A stretch of DNA of 64,000 bases, taken from the NCBI GenBank assembly GCA_964016885.1, contig OZ024742.1, forward strand, positions 108,562,001 to 108,626,000. The letters are read 5' to 3'. The first letter of the stretch is position 1, and each line of letters starts with the position of its first letter. Below, in pieces: positions 1-13,995 of the stretch. A model generated the notes under the pieces. That model did no database searches, was not told where the DNA came from, and saw only the letters and a list, made by a program, of their open reading frames with translations. The DNA comes from Eledone cirrhosa (lineage: Eukaryota). The translations under genes and the position numbers were made by a program.

Positions 1-2228
1 TCAACCCTCTATAGAATGACGAAGTGGAGTCTCCACTGATCGCCGGGTCCGCCTGCCAGAGGGCTGTGAGCGCCTGAGCACATTCGATGTGCCAGTTGCC
101 CATTTTCCTCGGTCTTTGCTTGACCCAGGACTACAGTTCGGTCAGCGAGACGAGTCGTGGGAAGGCTCGCCTCACGAACGGGGCCCACACCGGTTGTCCG
201 GTGAGGAATACGTAGAGATGCCGCAGCCTGAGCGCGTGTTTGCGCATCGTCAACAACGGCATCCCCAGCCCTCCGTTAGAAGGGTGTTGGAAGCAGATGG
301 ATCTTCTCACCAAAGGAGCCCGCCTCTTCCAAAGGAATTGGAAGAGCGCGCGCTCCATTTTGGCGAGCGTTTTGGCTGGACAAGGCACGACGGTCAAGCG
401 GTAGTAGATGTCGGACGCTATAAAAGTGTTCGCCACCTCCGCTCGACCTTTCAAGGATAGTTTGCACTCGGCCCACTTCTGGGTGAGTGCAAACACCTTA
501 GCCGTCACTTCGTTCCAGTTCTTCTCCACCTGGAGGTCCGGACCAAACCAGACCCCGAGCAGCTTTACCGGTCCTTCCGCCCAGCGTCCGACGACGCCAT
601 CGGAAGGCATCGGTTTGCCTGTCCACGATCCGAGTTGCAAACCGATGGACTTGTCTCGGTTCAGCTTCGCTCCTGTGAAACTTTCGTATTCCTTCAGTAA
701 GGTGCCGACTTCCTCGATTTGCGAGGCGCTCGACACCATTACTGTCACGTCGTCGGCGTAGGCCGACGCCGCTTTCCACAGTCCCGGTTCCAGAGGGATG
801 CCCTGCAATAGCTCCAACTTCCGCAGTAGTGGCTCGAGAGTCAGTACGTACAGAAGGGAGGAGAGATGGCATCCCTGTCGAATGGATCGCGTAATATGGA
901 ACGGCTCCGAGAGGTAGCCGTTCACCTTGACCCTTGAGCAGATGTTGCTGTTGTGCATTGCAGCAATCCAGCCCCTGAACACGGGTCCGGAGCCTGCCGC
1001 CTCGAGCACCGCATCCAGGTAAAGATGGGCAACCCTATCGAAAGCCTTAGACTGATCCAAGTTGATCAGGGCCCCACCGAAGCCGGGTTTACACCCTACC
1101 CTCTCTATGATGTATCGCATGAGGTGGAGGTTGTCGTGTATGGACCTGGTCGGGATTACGCATGTCTGCTCTACTCCCACCAGGTTCTCGACGACAAACG
1201 CCAGTCTTTTTGCCAACACCTTGGCCAAAATCTGTAACTCTGTGTTTAGCAGAGTTATGGGCCGGAAGTTGCCTATGTCATCCCCCTTATTCTCGTCCTT
1301 CCTGATTAGTGTGACTACGCCCCCGGTTACAGAACTGGGAATTCTCCCGTTCTGTTGCCAGTTGCAGTAGACCGCTTCCAGGAGACCGGAGAATAAGTCC
1401 GGCATTACTACGTAAAATTCGTAGGGTAGACCGTCGAGACCTGGAGATTTGCGTTTGCCGCATTGGCTCAGCGCGTTCCCTATTTCAGCGGCTGAAATCG
1501 GCTTTTCGCAGAACTTTGCCTCGCTGTCCGAGAGTCGCGGTAGGCCGTCGAGGTATGGACCGAAATCCATAGCCCCTCCCGGCGCGCCGCGCCGCCCGAA
1601 CAGCCGAGCAAAGTGCCGCTGAAAGGCCGCACACATCTGCTTCGGCTCACGTATCACGCGTCCGTTTTGGTCCTTCAAAGACCGTATCGTGGACTTGTTG
1701 CCACTTTTTGCCTCCGTCACTCGGGCCCAGCTAACAGCTTTGGCTCCCTCGTTACCCAGAGCACGTATTTTGCTTCTGACAACGCAGCCCTCGTGCTTTG
1801 CGTCGAAGAACTGGTCCAAGGCCGGTCCTGTTGCTAGCACGCTGGCTACGTTGCCACTTCTAATTGCCTCTTCTACTTTATCTACCAGTTCCTTCTCGGT
1901 TCTATTTCTATCTAACGCTAATTATTTACTAAAAACTAACGAGTCTAATCTAACTGCCCTCTTGAGAGAGTACTACCATCTGTTGTTGACAATGGCCCCT
2001 GTCAAGTGCTGTTTAACTAAAGTGCTAATCCGTCTACTGTAGGCTTTGCTTGTCGGTAACGACAAGTTCAGCTTCCAGTAGCCGGGTCCTTGTCTATGGG
2101 TTCTATCAAGGTTGGCCATGCAGGTCACTAGTTTGTGATCTGAATAGGCAACCATGAACATTTGTGGACAGCTTAACATGTCCCTATCCTTATTTCTAAC
2201 TAGAACCCTATCTAGGTACGATCTAGAT
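1..2228 (-). mobile_element. Tx1/L1-clade non-LTR retrotransposon, 5'-truncated copy; 3' end lies outside the window
   Basis: ORF 131-1840 has RT motifs (KSPGLDGLPYEFY, FRPITLLN, LDQSKAFDRV, IRQGCHLSSLLY, AYADD). ORF 1973-2179 has the APE endonuclease end (YSDHK...GPGYWKLN). Homologous to the copy at 2322-8006 and truncated at a (GATA)n tract. Confidence 0.92.
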
Positions 2229-2244
2229 AGATAGATATATATAT

Positions 2245-2321
<77 letters not shown>
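2224..2321. repeat. (GATA)n microsatellite between the two Tx1 copies
   Basis: Directly visible, with a short (TA) interruption. Confidence 0.97.
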
Positions 2322-2322
<1 letters not shown>

Positions 2323-2548
2323 TTCTTTATTTGCCACTAGGGCACAAGAGAAAGGGACAAATACACAGGGGGGAGTTTACAGAAATGCGAGTAAAGAAAA
2401 AGGCATATCAATAAGAATAATATAATAAAAAGTCCTCAAAAGGGAGGGGGCGTGTTGGGGATTGCACATACCCCCGAAAAGTGTGCAACTCTCTTCGCGG
2501 GGGAAGCCCAGAGAGGAGGCGCTCCCCCTTTCCTCTTCACTTCTTCAC

Positions 2549-5500
2549 CTACAGAACAATGTAGAGAGAAGGCCCATTTACACGAGCCATTCTCGCTTCT
2601 TTCACCCACCTTTCATAAAACTGTCTGGGGCCAAGCATTTCTCTCTCCATCCTGATCCTTCTTCCGAAGTGGTATCGGAAGAAGTAAACCAGATGTTGGC
2701 CGGAGAGAAAGTCACCCGACCTCAGAACTTTCAGGCGCGTCCACCACACAACCTCTTTCATCATGGCTATTACGCACAGAAAGACCGCCTCTGCTTCATT
2801 TCTGAAGGGAGGAGGCGGCTTGATGTTCACCACAGGCTCGGCGGTTAATCGAATCGGCGCCACACGCGACAGCAGTCGTTCAACGTAGCCCCACAGATCG
2901 GCAACGCCCGGGCAGTGTACCAGTGCATGCGCAACGGTTTCCTCGTCGCGCACGCATCTGGGACAGATCTTTTTCGCGGGATCCCTGCCCGGGCGCCCGT
3001 GTCTGTAGAGTTTTTCTCGAACGGGCAGAGCCCCCCGGTAGCACTGCCAGGCTAGGGACCTCTGGAAGTTGTCCATGGGTCCCGGGCCGAAAGTTCTACC
3101 GAACAGGCTGGCCAGTTCGTCCTCCTCCATGCCTAGCGACTCTCCAAGGGTGTCGTCGCCCCTGCTAGCCACGAGCCCTCTATAGAATGTCGAGGTGGAT
3201 TCTCCACTGACAGTCGGGTCCGCTTGCCAGATAGCCGTGAGCGCCTGGGCCCACTCGGTGTGCCAGTTGCCCAGTTTTCTTGGTCTTTGCTTCACCCAGG
3301 ATTGCAGCTCGGTGAGCGAGACGAGCTGTGGGAAGGCTCGCCTCACAAACGGGGCCCACACCGGCTGACCGGTGAGGAATACCTGTAGATGCCGTAGCCT
3401 CAATGCGTGCCTACGCATCAACAGCCACGGCATACCCAGCCCTCCTTTCGAAGGGTGCTGGCAGCAGATAGATCTCCTCACCATGGGAGGCCGCTTCTTC
3501 CAGAGGAACTGGAAGAGCATGCGCTCCATGATGGTGAGCGTTTCCTTGGGGCAAGGCACGACGGTCAGGCGGTAGTAGATGACGGACGCTACGTAAGCGT
3601 TCGTCACCTCCGCCCGACCTTTCAGTAATAGTTTGCACTTGGCCCACTTCTGGGTCAGCGCAAACCCCCTGCTCGTCACCTCGTCCCAATTCTTCTCCAC
3701 CTGGAGGTCCGGTCCGAACCAGACCCCGAGCAGCTTCACCGGGCCCTCCGTCCACCGCCCGACGACACCATCTAACGGCATCGGTTTGCCCCTCCACGTT
3801 CCAAGTTGCAAACCGACTGACTTGTCCCGGTTCAGCCTAGCACCCGTCAGCCTTTCGTATTCCTCCAGTAGTGTGGCGATCGCCCCGATTTCCGTTTATT
3901 GTTACGTCGTCGGCATAGGCCGAGACCTCTTTGTGCAATCCCGGTTCCAGGGGTATGCCCCGCAGCAACTCCAACTTCCGCAGCAGTGGCTCGAGAGTCA
4001 ATACGTACAGAAGGGAGGAGAGGGGGCACCCCTGTCTGATGGACCTGGTGATTTGAAACGGCTCCGAGAGGTAGCCGTTTACTTTAATCCTAGAGTAGAT
4101 GTTGCCACTGTGCATGGCAGAAATCCAGCCCCTGAAAACGGGTCCGAAGCCCGCCGCCGCTAGCACCGCATCCAGGTAACCATGGTCGACCCTATCTAAC
4201 GCCTTAGATTGATCCAAGTTGATCAGGGCCCCACCAAAGCCGGGTTCGTTGCCAACCCTCTCTATGATGTATCGCATGAGGTGGAGGTTGTCGTGAATGG
4301 ACCTGGACGGGATAGCGCATGTCTGCGCGTCTCCCACCAAACCACCCACCACAAGCGCCAACCTCTTCGCCAACACCTTGGCCAAAATCTGTAACTCTGC
4401 ATTCAGCAGAGTTATGGGCCTAAAGTTACTTAAGTCGTCCCCCTTGCTCTCGTCCTTTCTCACTAGCGTGACCACGCCCTTGGTCACAGAACAGGGAATT
4501 CTCCCGTTCTGTTGCCAGTTGCAATAGACAGCCTCGAGGAGTTCGGAGAACAAGACCGGCATAGCTAAATAAAGTTCGTATGGTAGACCATCGAGACCCG
4601 GAGATTTGCGTCTGCTGCATTGGCTGAGCGCTTCCCCGATTTCAGTGGCTGTGATTGGCCTTTCGCAGCTCTCCGCTTCGCCGCTCGAAAGACGCGGTAG
4701 ACCGTCGAGGTATGGACCGAAGTCCACATCCCCGTCCGGCCCCCCGCCCCTTCCGAACAGTCGAGCAAAGTGCCTTTTAAAGGCCTCGCACATCCGCTCA
4801 GGTTCAAGGATCACCCGTCCATCCTGGTCTCGCAAAGACCGAATGGTGGATTTAATCCCACTCTTGGCTTCTGTCACGCGGGCCCAGCTAACAGCTTTGG
4901 TCCCCTCGTTTCCTAAAGCCCGTATTTTACTTCGGACAACGCAGCCTTCGTGCTTCGCGCCAAAGAACTGGCTCAATGCCGTTCTCGCCGCTAACACTCT
5001 GGCCACGTCTCCGCTCCTAATCGCCTCTTTTAGTTTCTCTGTTAACTCCCTTTCCTTCCTATTTCTATTCGCCGCTAGTTCCTTACTGTAATCTATCGAA
5101 CTTACTTAGAGATACCCACCACCTGCTGTTGACGATCGCTCCCGTCAACCGCATCTTAACTAAGCTACTAATCCGGTTCCTGTAATCTTTCTTTGCCGGC
5201 AAGGACAAGTTCATCTTCCAGTAACCGGGACCCTGTCTATGCGTTCTATCAAGGTTGACCACGCAGGTCACTAATTTGTGATCTGAATAGCCAACCATGA
5301 TCAATTCTGGACAACTAAATACGTCCCTATCCTTACTCCTAACCAAAAACCTATCTAGGTACGATCTAGATTGTCCACTGCGGTTTGCCCAGGTCCAGGT
5401 TGGCGCAGTTGGACAATCTCGTCGAAATCTATCGACCAGGTCGAATCGATCGAGTAACCCCTTGAGGCTGCTACACCCCCCTCTATCGGGACATGCCCCT

Positions 5501-5985
5501 GCATAGTCCCAACGCGCATCTAGGATTCCATTCCAGTCCCCCACTAAAAGCAGGGAACGCGACGTTCCTAGAAAAGTCTCCAGACGCTGGAAGAAGTCGG
5601 CTCTTTCAGCCCCGAAGGGGGCATAAAGACCGACCAGTCTGAAAGCCCCGCCTTCACCGCCTCCGACGTCCAGCGCCAGTAATCGACCCCCCCGGGTCCG
5701 AGTGAACAATCTGTACGTCGAGAGCCAGACGTTTATCCAGCAGTACGGCAACCCACCCCCGCCTCCGGGTTGACAGAGAGATGCGTGCATCTCAAAGTCA
5801 TCGAAGGTGGGAGCCAGCTGTCGCACGCTGCTGATCCGACTCTCGCAAACAACCATCACATCTATACTTCGTGACCTGAGGTCACTTAGAAGCTTTGCTT
5901 GCTTCCAAGCTGAGCCCAGGCCACGCGCATTCAAACAGCCAACTCTCAATTGATCTATTTTGGTGTTGAAAGTGAAGAAAGACAA
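2549..5985 (-). pseudogene. Tx1 ORF2 (APE endonuclease - RT - CCHC), broken by frameshifts near 5080 and 3890
   Basis: 5083-5985: LNARGL, GDWN, YLDRF, SDHK (APE). 3837-5006: RT with AYADD. 2549-3811: CPRC...ETVAHALVHC. Confidence 0.92.
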
Positions 5986-6461
5986 GCACCTACCTCTCCG
6001 GGTTGTGTAATTTCCATGGCGTCGGGTGTGTTGGGTGGAGGGATGTTTTGTGGTGGTGTGGGCGTATCCGAGTGTGGTTGTGTTGGGATATTTGGAGTTG
6101 TGTCAGGGAGAGGGGAGGTTATGGGGAAATCTTTCAAGAGGACGTGATTTAACGGTTTTAAACAGGGGGGGGCTCACGTCCTGTTTAAATTGTTCTTTTA
6201 AGGAACGATAAAGGTCCAGAGGGACCTTTATCATTTTTGAATGGGTGAAGTTCTCTGTTGAGATAAAGTTTGGCCCTTCGATCTGCACCAAAGGGCTATT
6301 GTTTATTAATTTAAACAGTTTTTTGTTTTCTTTATTTATATATGTGTATTGCAAAGTCTTTTTTTGTGATGCTGTCAATGTTTCGAAGAGGGGAGGCGCA
6401 GATTTATTTTTGTTTGTCGAGGGTGGGGTGTTTTTGATTGGAGTTGGTGTTTGTGTGTGGG

Positions 6462-7805
6462 TTATTTGTGGTGTGCTGGGTGTGTGCTTTCTTTTTTTCT
6501 TTTAACTTGTCTGAAGGCTTCTCCTCCTTCTTCTTCAGAAGTTGGGGGAAACTCTTCAGCGCTAGGTGGGAGGGACGTGGTGTCTGGTTGTTGTTTTTTT
6601 GCGGGAGGGGTAGATTTGTTGCTGTTTTTTTTATTATTTGTTTGGAATGCGTTTTGTGGTGGTGGTGGTGGTGGTGGTGATGTTTGTGTCGTGCTTGTGG
6701 TTGGTGATGGTAGTGGTGATGTTTGTGTTGTGGTTGGTGATGGTGGTGGTGATTTTTGTGTCGTGCTTGTGTTTGGTGCTGGTGGTGGTGATGTTTGTGT
6801 TGTGCTTGTGGTTGGTGGTGTCTGTATTTTGTTTGCTGTGTGTGGTATTAGTGTATTTTTGGAGGTGGTTGGTGTTGGTGTACTGTTTGTGGTGGGTGTG
6901 GGCAATAGTCCTTTTTGGGGGATACGTTTCGGGCAGTTAGCCTTAACGTGTCCCCTTTCCGTGCATGAATAGCATGCTGGTCTTCTCCCCTCTACAATTA
7001 TATATATTGGGGTGAGGTCATCCAGCCAGATGCGATCCGGGATTTGCTCTATTCTTTCGGGCCTCATTTGGACTAGTAGGTCGAGGCCCATTCCCAGGAA
7101 CGCATCTCCAGATGCCTTCCCCATTGACAGCACTGTGTCCTCGCCCATGTCTATGAAGCCAGCAATAGCCAACCAGAAGTCCATTGTGGGCAGCATTGTT
7201 TGTATTTTGACTCTCTGTGTTCTTCTACCCATGTAGGAGGGATAGAAGCTGTATGTTGTTGATGAGAGTGGGCTTAGGTAAAGCCTCTGCGCTGTTTCCC
7301 TGTCTTTTGTTAAGACCGAAATGCTGCCATAGAGTCGGTCCTTTCGTATGAAGAGAATATTCTTCATATAGTCTTTTAGGACCAACTCTATTTCCATTTG
7401 GCTGGGCTGTGCTGGCTTTCTCGTTTGGTTTAAGATTGTTCTGAAGAGAACAGTACTTTCTGTTCTCGCTTTCTTGAATTCTGGGGGGGAATTAATGGAA
7501 AACATTCCGTTCTCCCCCAAGACTATGTGTTTTTTTGCTTCTGCCAGTTTTTCTCTGGCGGCAGTTAAGTCTATAGGTGTATATATTATGGATTGTTTTG
7601 TTTTCTGGGCGAAAGTTGCCTTGTTGTTATTTGTATTCTTATTTTCTGTTTTTTTGTTTGCCGTTTGCTCATTTTCCGTAACATTTGTTTTTTCATTTTC
7701 CTTGTTTGTTTCGTTGTCTAGTTTTATTGTGTCCATTTTTTGTTCTTCAGACTTGGGGGGCGTGGCAGAGCTAATGGCAGACATGTCTGCCATCTTTTCC
7801 GCCAT
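6462..7805 (-). CDS. Tx1-type ORF1 gag-like nucleic-acid-binding protein; probably continues out of frame to ~5955
   Basis: 447 aa with CYSCTERGHVKANC zinc knuckle followed by a Pro/Thr-rich linker, immediately upstream of the APE-RT ORF. Confidence 0.85.
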   Translation of the reverse strand: MAEKMADMSAISSATPPKSEEQKMDTIKLDNETNKENEKTNVTENEQTANKKTENKNTNNNKATFAQKTKQSIIYTPIDLTAAREKLAEAKKHIVLGENGMFSINSPPEFKKARTESTVLFRTILNQTRKPAQPSQMEIELVLKDYMKNILFIRKDRLYGSISVLTKDRETAQRLYLSPLSSTTYSFYPSYMGRRTQRVKIQTMLPTMDFWLAIAGFIDMGEDTVLSMGKASGDAFLGMGLDLLVQMRPERIEQIPDRIWLDDLTPIYIIVEGRRPACYSCTERGHVKANCPKRIPQKGLLPTPTTNSTPTPTTSKNTLIPHTANKIQTPPTTSTTQTSPPPAPNTSTTQKSPPPSPTTTQTSPLPSPTTSTTQTSPPPPPPPQNAFQTNNKKNSNKSTPPAKKQQPDTTSLPPSAEEFPPTSEEEGGEAFRQVKRKKESTHPAHHK

Positions 7806-8005
7806 GCTGCCAAGAAATAAATTTTACAGCAAAATAGTTATTTATTTTACCCCCTAAAAAGGGTGTAAATGTAAAAATGTTTCCCTAAATAACAGGGATA
7901 AGTGTTCCAAATGTGTTGCACTGAAAAAAATCACTGGTGCTTACTATAGTAAGGGTAAATTCCGATAGAATAGCGGAGCCGATGTGAAGCGTGTCTCACT
8001 CTATC

Positions 8006-8006
<1 letters not shown>

Positions 8007-8051
<45 letters not shown>
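8007..8051. repeat. (GATA)n microsatellite at the 5' flank of the Tx1 element
   Basis: Directly visible. Confidence 0.97.
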
Positions 8052-8624
8052 TGCCATTCCTGTAGTTTGTTACACATGCCAAATGCAAAATGGATGTACA
8101 TGCTTCTTTCTCAGCGATTCCTATTAGTGTGAAGACATTTCTATCAAAAATAGATATATTCGAATTAGTTGCTAAATATTATAAAGATATTCCAGCATGA
8201 TAATTCTGTAGAACAGTATTATGGTAACAGTAAATTGATAAAATACTTCGTTTTGCAGATATAAATTATGAAATAATTGCAAAGAATATGTATGTTTCCG
8301 ACCACACATTTATTGAATTGTTATTTTTTTCTTTGTGAGTTGAGTACTCGCCTTCACTAAATATAACAATGTAGCCAATTGCTAAATAAATCATATTGAC
8401 ATCAGGTGTAAAACCATTATATACAAATCCCAATAGCTATTCATACATTATAAAGCGAGTTGTATTGCATTGTAGAAGTGATTATTCATTCATTGTCGTT
8501 TATTTTGAAAATAATCAAAATACACCAACTCGAGCGAAATATAGAAAAATGTATTGTTATATATCTTACACAATTCGTGATTTAGAATGTTGCTTCAAAA
8601 GAACGAATACAATTTATTGCCATG

Positions 8625-8755
<131 letters not shown>

Positions 8756-9267
8756 GTTAGACTTCTCAAAAATAGACAGTTTCTCTTTCAACGACACCCT
8801 TTTAATGTTGCTGGTAGATCTGACAGAGAGATCATATCATCTGACATAGGCATAAGAAATCTTTGGTTGAACATAGTTGATGAAATCGGTCCCATTATGT
8901 AACTGGTATTTAGTTCCCCGACAACAGTTTGATGAATGACAAAGACAAAGGAGCAGGATTTCAAATCAGAATCTAAATGGATGTAACTAAATATCGTAAT
9001 TCTATCAAACATATTCCTAATAGCTGATATAATTGTTTCTAATTTAAGAACAAGGCCAGTAACTGGGAGTGCAGAACGTCCATTACCTTTATCCAAGTAT
9101 TAGACTTTTAATTTAAGTTATTAAATCCGGAAGAATGAAAGGCAAAGTTGATTTAGGCGGAATTTGAACTCTGAACAAGAGCCGCAACAAGTATAGCAAA
9201 GTACTTTGCACGATGTTCTAACAATTGCAAGTGGGAAAGAAGAAAACTGCCGAAGCCTGTCGTGTGC

Positions 9268-9410
<143 letters not shown>

Positions 9411-10100
9411 TATCTCCCATAACTTAGTGGTTCAGCGAAAGAGATTGACAAAATAAGTATCAGACTTAAAAAAACAAATGCACTGAGGTCAATATTACCG
9501 ACAGCTACAGCTGGTACCCTAACATAATCGCAGTCTAATGACTGGAACGAACAAATAAATAAAAGAATGGATCTACTCAAGATGGACCTACAAAACTAGA
9601 CGCTATGTTATCCAGTTGAATAGACTGTTTATTTGATCCGACAGCTCAATTTTCTCCCAGACAGCGTCACGTTAGTATTTCCCTCAACAAGACACAAGTG
9701 CCTGTTGAATACACGGTCACTTACTCTATAATTCAAAAAAAAAAAAAATTCCATTGATCGATCGACTGTAATAATGATTCTTTGAAAATCGAGGATGGGG
9801 GAGCGCCAGATATATTTATGTGTGTGTACATGTATATGTATGTATAGAGAGAGAGGAAGAGGAGGCACATGTGTGTGTGTGTCCCCGTGTATTCTTGCAC
9901 CTACTTTCACTAACACCTCATCCTCACATTCTAGCGTATCTCTAGTTTAGGATGATAAACTACAGAAATGTCTATACAAATATACACTATAACTCTTATC
10001 CAATGTTTCTCACACATAATACATTGGTTAGTGATGTGTTCGTAAGAAGTGACATATCAATATTAACAGCAGCACAATTCCCAAACCACTACTAACAAAC

Positions 10101-10312
10101 AGTGGATTGGCAGTATCGGTAGAGGGTCGGACACCATGCTTTGACGCATAGAGTTACGGCCCTTGCCATTCTGAGTTCAAATCCCGCAGCCATTCTGAGT
10201 TCAAATCCCGCCGAGGTTAACTTTGCCTTTCATCCTTATGGGGTCGATAAAATAAAGTACCAGTAATACACTGGTTAATTGATGGCCTTGTGCCAAAAGT
10301 AGAAACAATTAT
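10101..10312 (+). mobile_element. tRNA-derived SINE (octopus-type)
   Basis: A-box-like TGGCAGTATCGG, B-box GAGTTCAAATCC (locally duplicated), core CTTTGCCTTTCATCC...GGGGTCGATAAA...AGTACCAG. Related copies at 30765-30847(-), 32565-32720(+), 62178-62365(-), ~9125-9230(-) and ~62610-62730(-). Confidence 0.85.
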
Positions 10313-12546
10313 TACTACTACCATACTCACCACCATCACTACATAACTACCACAACAACATGATTGGGAACGTCGACAATGATGTTGCAAAAAACAACAG
10401 GAACAACAACAAATTCTACAGAGATAGAATGAGCAGCAACAACATTTATCTCTCTCGAAGGACCTCGCTTGTTTACGATTTCTTCGTCAGAAATCTCAAA
10501 TAACAAGAAATTACAGAATAAATTTAAATAAATGAATGCATTATTCCAATACACTTTCACTATCAGCATTGCAAAATTTTGGAGAGTTCATGACAATTTA
10601 TAATTCCTGGCGTATTCAGCACGAAGAAGTTTCTTTTCTAAACCTGTTTGTTGCAATATTCATTTGTTGCAATATTCATTCTTGATTCCAACCAATATTT
10701 GAATTATTTATGTCTACCTGCCTGCCTGTCTGTCTGTATGTCTGCTTGTCTATCTACTTCTGATTGCTTGTCTGTCTGTTTGTCTGTCTGGCAGTTTGAG
10801 CAATATTAGAAAGAATTATTGATTTCTCACATTTTGTATTAGAAAAGCTTTTTCGTTGTTCACGAATGTGGGGACCTTTCTTTCTTACTAGCAGTCATTT
10901 CGTATCTACAGTGCGGTAGTAGTAGGTGATGGTGAAAAGGTGGATAGAGCCATGATGGTTCTTTCATATAATCGATTGAGCAAGAGGTGTGTGGGATGTG
11001 GGGGAAGATGAAGGAGATGGGATAGAGAAGATGAAGAGAGAGAGAGAGAAAAAAAGGGTGAGGGGGGGGGGGGGTGATTGTTACTTCGATTATCGACGCC
11101 GAAATAATGATAGGTAGATTTGGACTCAGCGATTTTTTGTTTCAATTTTGGGACGTTTGTGCAATAAACAGATTCCCTTTTTTTTCCCTCGGTGCATTTT
11201 TCTTCAGATAAGCTTAAATCATTTGTTTCGATTTCCATGACAGATTCTCGAATCCAATCGTATTGTTCTATTGTAAATTATGGGAAATAAGGACTGAATT
11301 TCATTTCTGGAGTGGTCAACTGTTCAATCATGATAAACGTAATTTCCTTTACATGAATTCTACGCACTAAAGAATATATTTCAAAATTATTATCTATAGC
11401 TTTTCTTCTCCAAATCATTACTTTTTTCTGGAGTGCTGATAGTTTATTTATAGATTTATTGACAATCGTCCATTCAATAAAGAGTTCAGCTTAGAAATAC
11501 GAAACAGGATTCCCTGATTAGTCGTTTTGATATAGAATATTCGGGTTTCCCTGACTACTCGTCAATTCTCTTTGCTCTCGTTGTAAGGGAGATAATTATA
11601 AAATTGAAGCCCAAATGTTCTAACTGAGCTGTTACCACAGTCACCAAAAAGAATTAATTCATAATGTTGACTGTGTGGCAACGTAAAGGAGAAAGAAGAT
11701 GGGAAATGAAACTGTCAAACGTCTAAAGTCTTATTATTTCTCTTGGCGCAATATGGCTAGATACGGGACGCCCTAATGCGACCGTGTCAGAATATATAAT
11801 ACGGTCCAAATGTACCAAATTCCGAGTTTTTCATTTAGAAGTTCCTGCAAACGGCAAAGCCATTTTCTTCCTGAATAACCATTTTACACTCTGATGTGGC
11901 GAATCCATGTCAAAAAAATTTCCGAAAACAAAGGAGTTTTAAATGATCTGCTTGTAAAAGAATTATCTTTGACAACTAGAGTATGTTTCAATTCAACTCC
12001 TTATATTTTATACAATTGAAATCTTTCTATGTAATTATATTTGGAGATGTAATTATATTTGAATATCGTAGAGAGTACTATAATTTACTTGAAGTTTTCT
12101 GGAATATGAAAATGGCTATGTTTAGGAAACCGTTGCAATGCAGACGGCGTTGTAAATATTGATGTTAAAAGTTGGATAAGGATGAAGGAGAGAGGTAAGA
12201 ATGGTCGGAAGGAAGGGAAACAAAAACAAGAAAGGAGAGATTTTGTTATCTTAGTAAAATTTATTGTTACCGATATATTTTTAATATTTGTTTATTGTTA
12301 AGGGCCACCAACAGAAAGTACTGTTAATCTTCAGTATCATTGGGTTTCAGTTGTAACTCAATCCTACACGTGCACTTAACCCGCACGCATCTATTTTTCG
12401 ATAAGAGAGTTTAATCGATACAAAAACCAAAACATTTCTTTCGTGATAGCTTCCATTTTTATGTTAGTTTTTCAAACAAGAAATGTGCCTTTACCTTTTA
12501 TAGCACCTGTATAAAAAAACTGCTTTACTATGTGTGTGCGTGGTGT

Positions 12547-12734
<188 letters not shown>

Positions 12735-13282
12735 ATTGTGTGTATGTGTGTGATTGTATAATGAAATTTATAGAATTTTCCTTCTTACTTGAAAATGTTT
12801 GATAAAATGCTACAACGTTAATAAAATTCTCGTTCGTATGATGGCTAAATTCCTGAGAGACATCATTCAAATATGTTTATATTAAGACATACGACTATGG
12901 TCTGTTAATATCGTATAATTTGGGAAAATTTCTGACAAAGATCTCTGATGAACTACAGTATGAGAAAGCAGCATCCGCCTCAGGTTTTGTACTTCAGAGA
13001 GAGAGGGGGGAAGAGAGGGAGGAAGAGAGAACACAATAACTTTTCATCGTATGAAACATCAGCTGGAGATGTTCGTATGCCAGAAATACATTCTGGCATT
13101 ATCACCAGTCGCTGAGATAAATGTGACATGATCACATCTTAAAACATCAAAAGTGAGATTCTTGTATGTTTATTTACAGAGACATATCATATATGCCTTA
13201 ATATATACCCCTATTATGAACCATGCAATATTAGAGTTACTGCTAATATATACTACACACACACACACACACACACATACAT

Positions 13283-13381
<99 letters not shown>

Positions 13382-13697
13382 TACGCCTGTGTGTGTGTGT
13401 GTATTTCCGTCTATAAGAAAGTAAAATGCTAAGCTAGATCAACGATTTTCCATAATCAAAAGTCAGTGTTGAAGGAAGCGACGTTAACCTAACGCATTGA
13501 AATATTCATAATTCGCTGAACGTTCCTTAAAAATAAGATTATTTATTTACGCTTACAGCCTAAAAGATAAAACAAAATGGCGGTATATGTTTCAGCCTTG
13601 TTCATATTGGTAACGTTGCTGTCAGACATGAGGCATGTGGCTCAAGTATGTGTATTTCTTCTAATTAAGTAGCAAAATGGGTTTCTTTATAGCAACT

Positions 13698-13771
<74 letters not shown>

Positions 13772-13775
<4 letters not shown>

Positions 13776-13902
13776 ATAATAATAAAATTGAAGACTAAAA
13801 TCCAAAGAGGGCTCGATAAGGAAAATATATTGACTTTGTTAGTTTCAGAAGATCCCGTTAAGGGTGAAAGCAGCGATTCTTTGCTTAAACTTTAATCTGT
13901 TA

Positions 13903-13910
<8 letters not shown>
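13772..13910 (+). mobile_element. Miniature PLE insertion (inverted pLTR piece + 3' end) of the family at 40220-42720
   Basis: 13772-13821 matches 42638-42689. 13828-13910 matches the reverse complement of 40220-40301. Flanked by (TA)n on both sides. Confidence 0.85.
13841..13891 (+). ncRNA. Type I hammerhead ribozyme variant (CAGAAGA core, CUU site)
   Basis: AGTTT-CAGAAGA-tCCCgttaaGGGt-GAAA-GCA(gcgattctt)TGC-TT-AAACT; all three stems pair. Confidence 0.7.

Positions 13911-13992
<82 letters not shown>

Positions 13993-13995
<3 letters not shown>

Larger units (their letters stand above)
2322..8006 (-). mobile_element. Near full-length Tx1/L1-clade LINE (ORF1 + frameshifted ORF2)
   Basis: ORF1 with CCHC knuckle, then APE, RT and C-terminal Zn-finger segments in order. 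AATAAA lies just before the 3' end. (GATA)n on both flanks. Confidence 0.93.

Noticed and set aside
8788-9096. 102-aa minus-strand ORF as a possible host exon
   Set aside because: No recognisable motif, non-ATG start and no supporting splice pattern.
12946-12975. CTGATGA...GAAA spacing
   Set aside because: No coherent stem I or UH site; likely chance.
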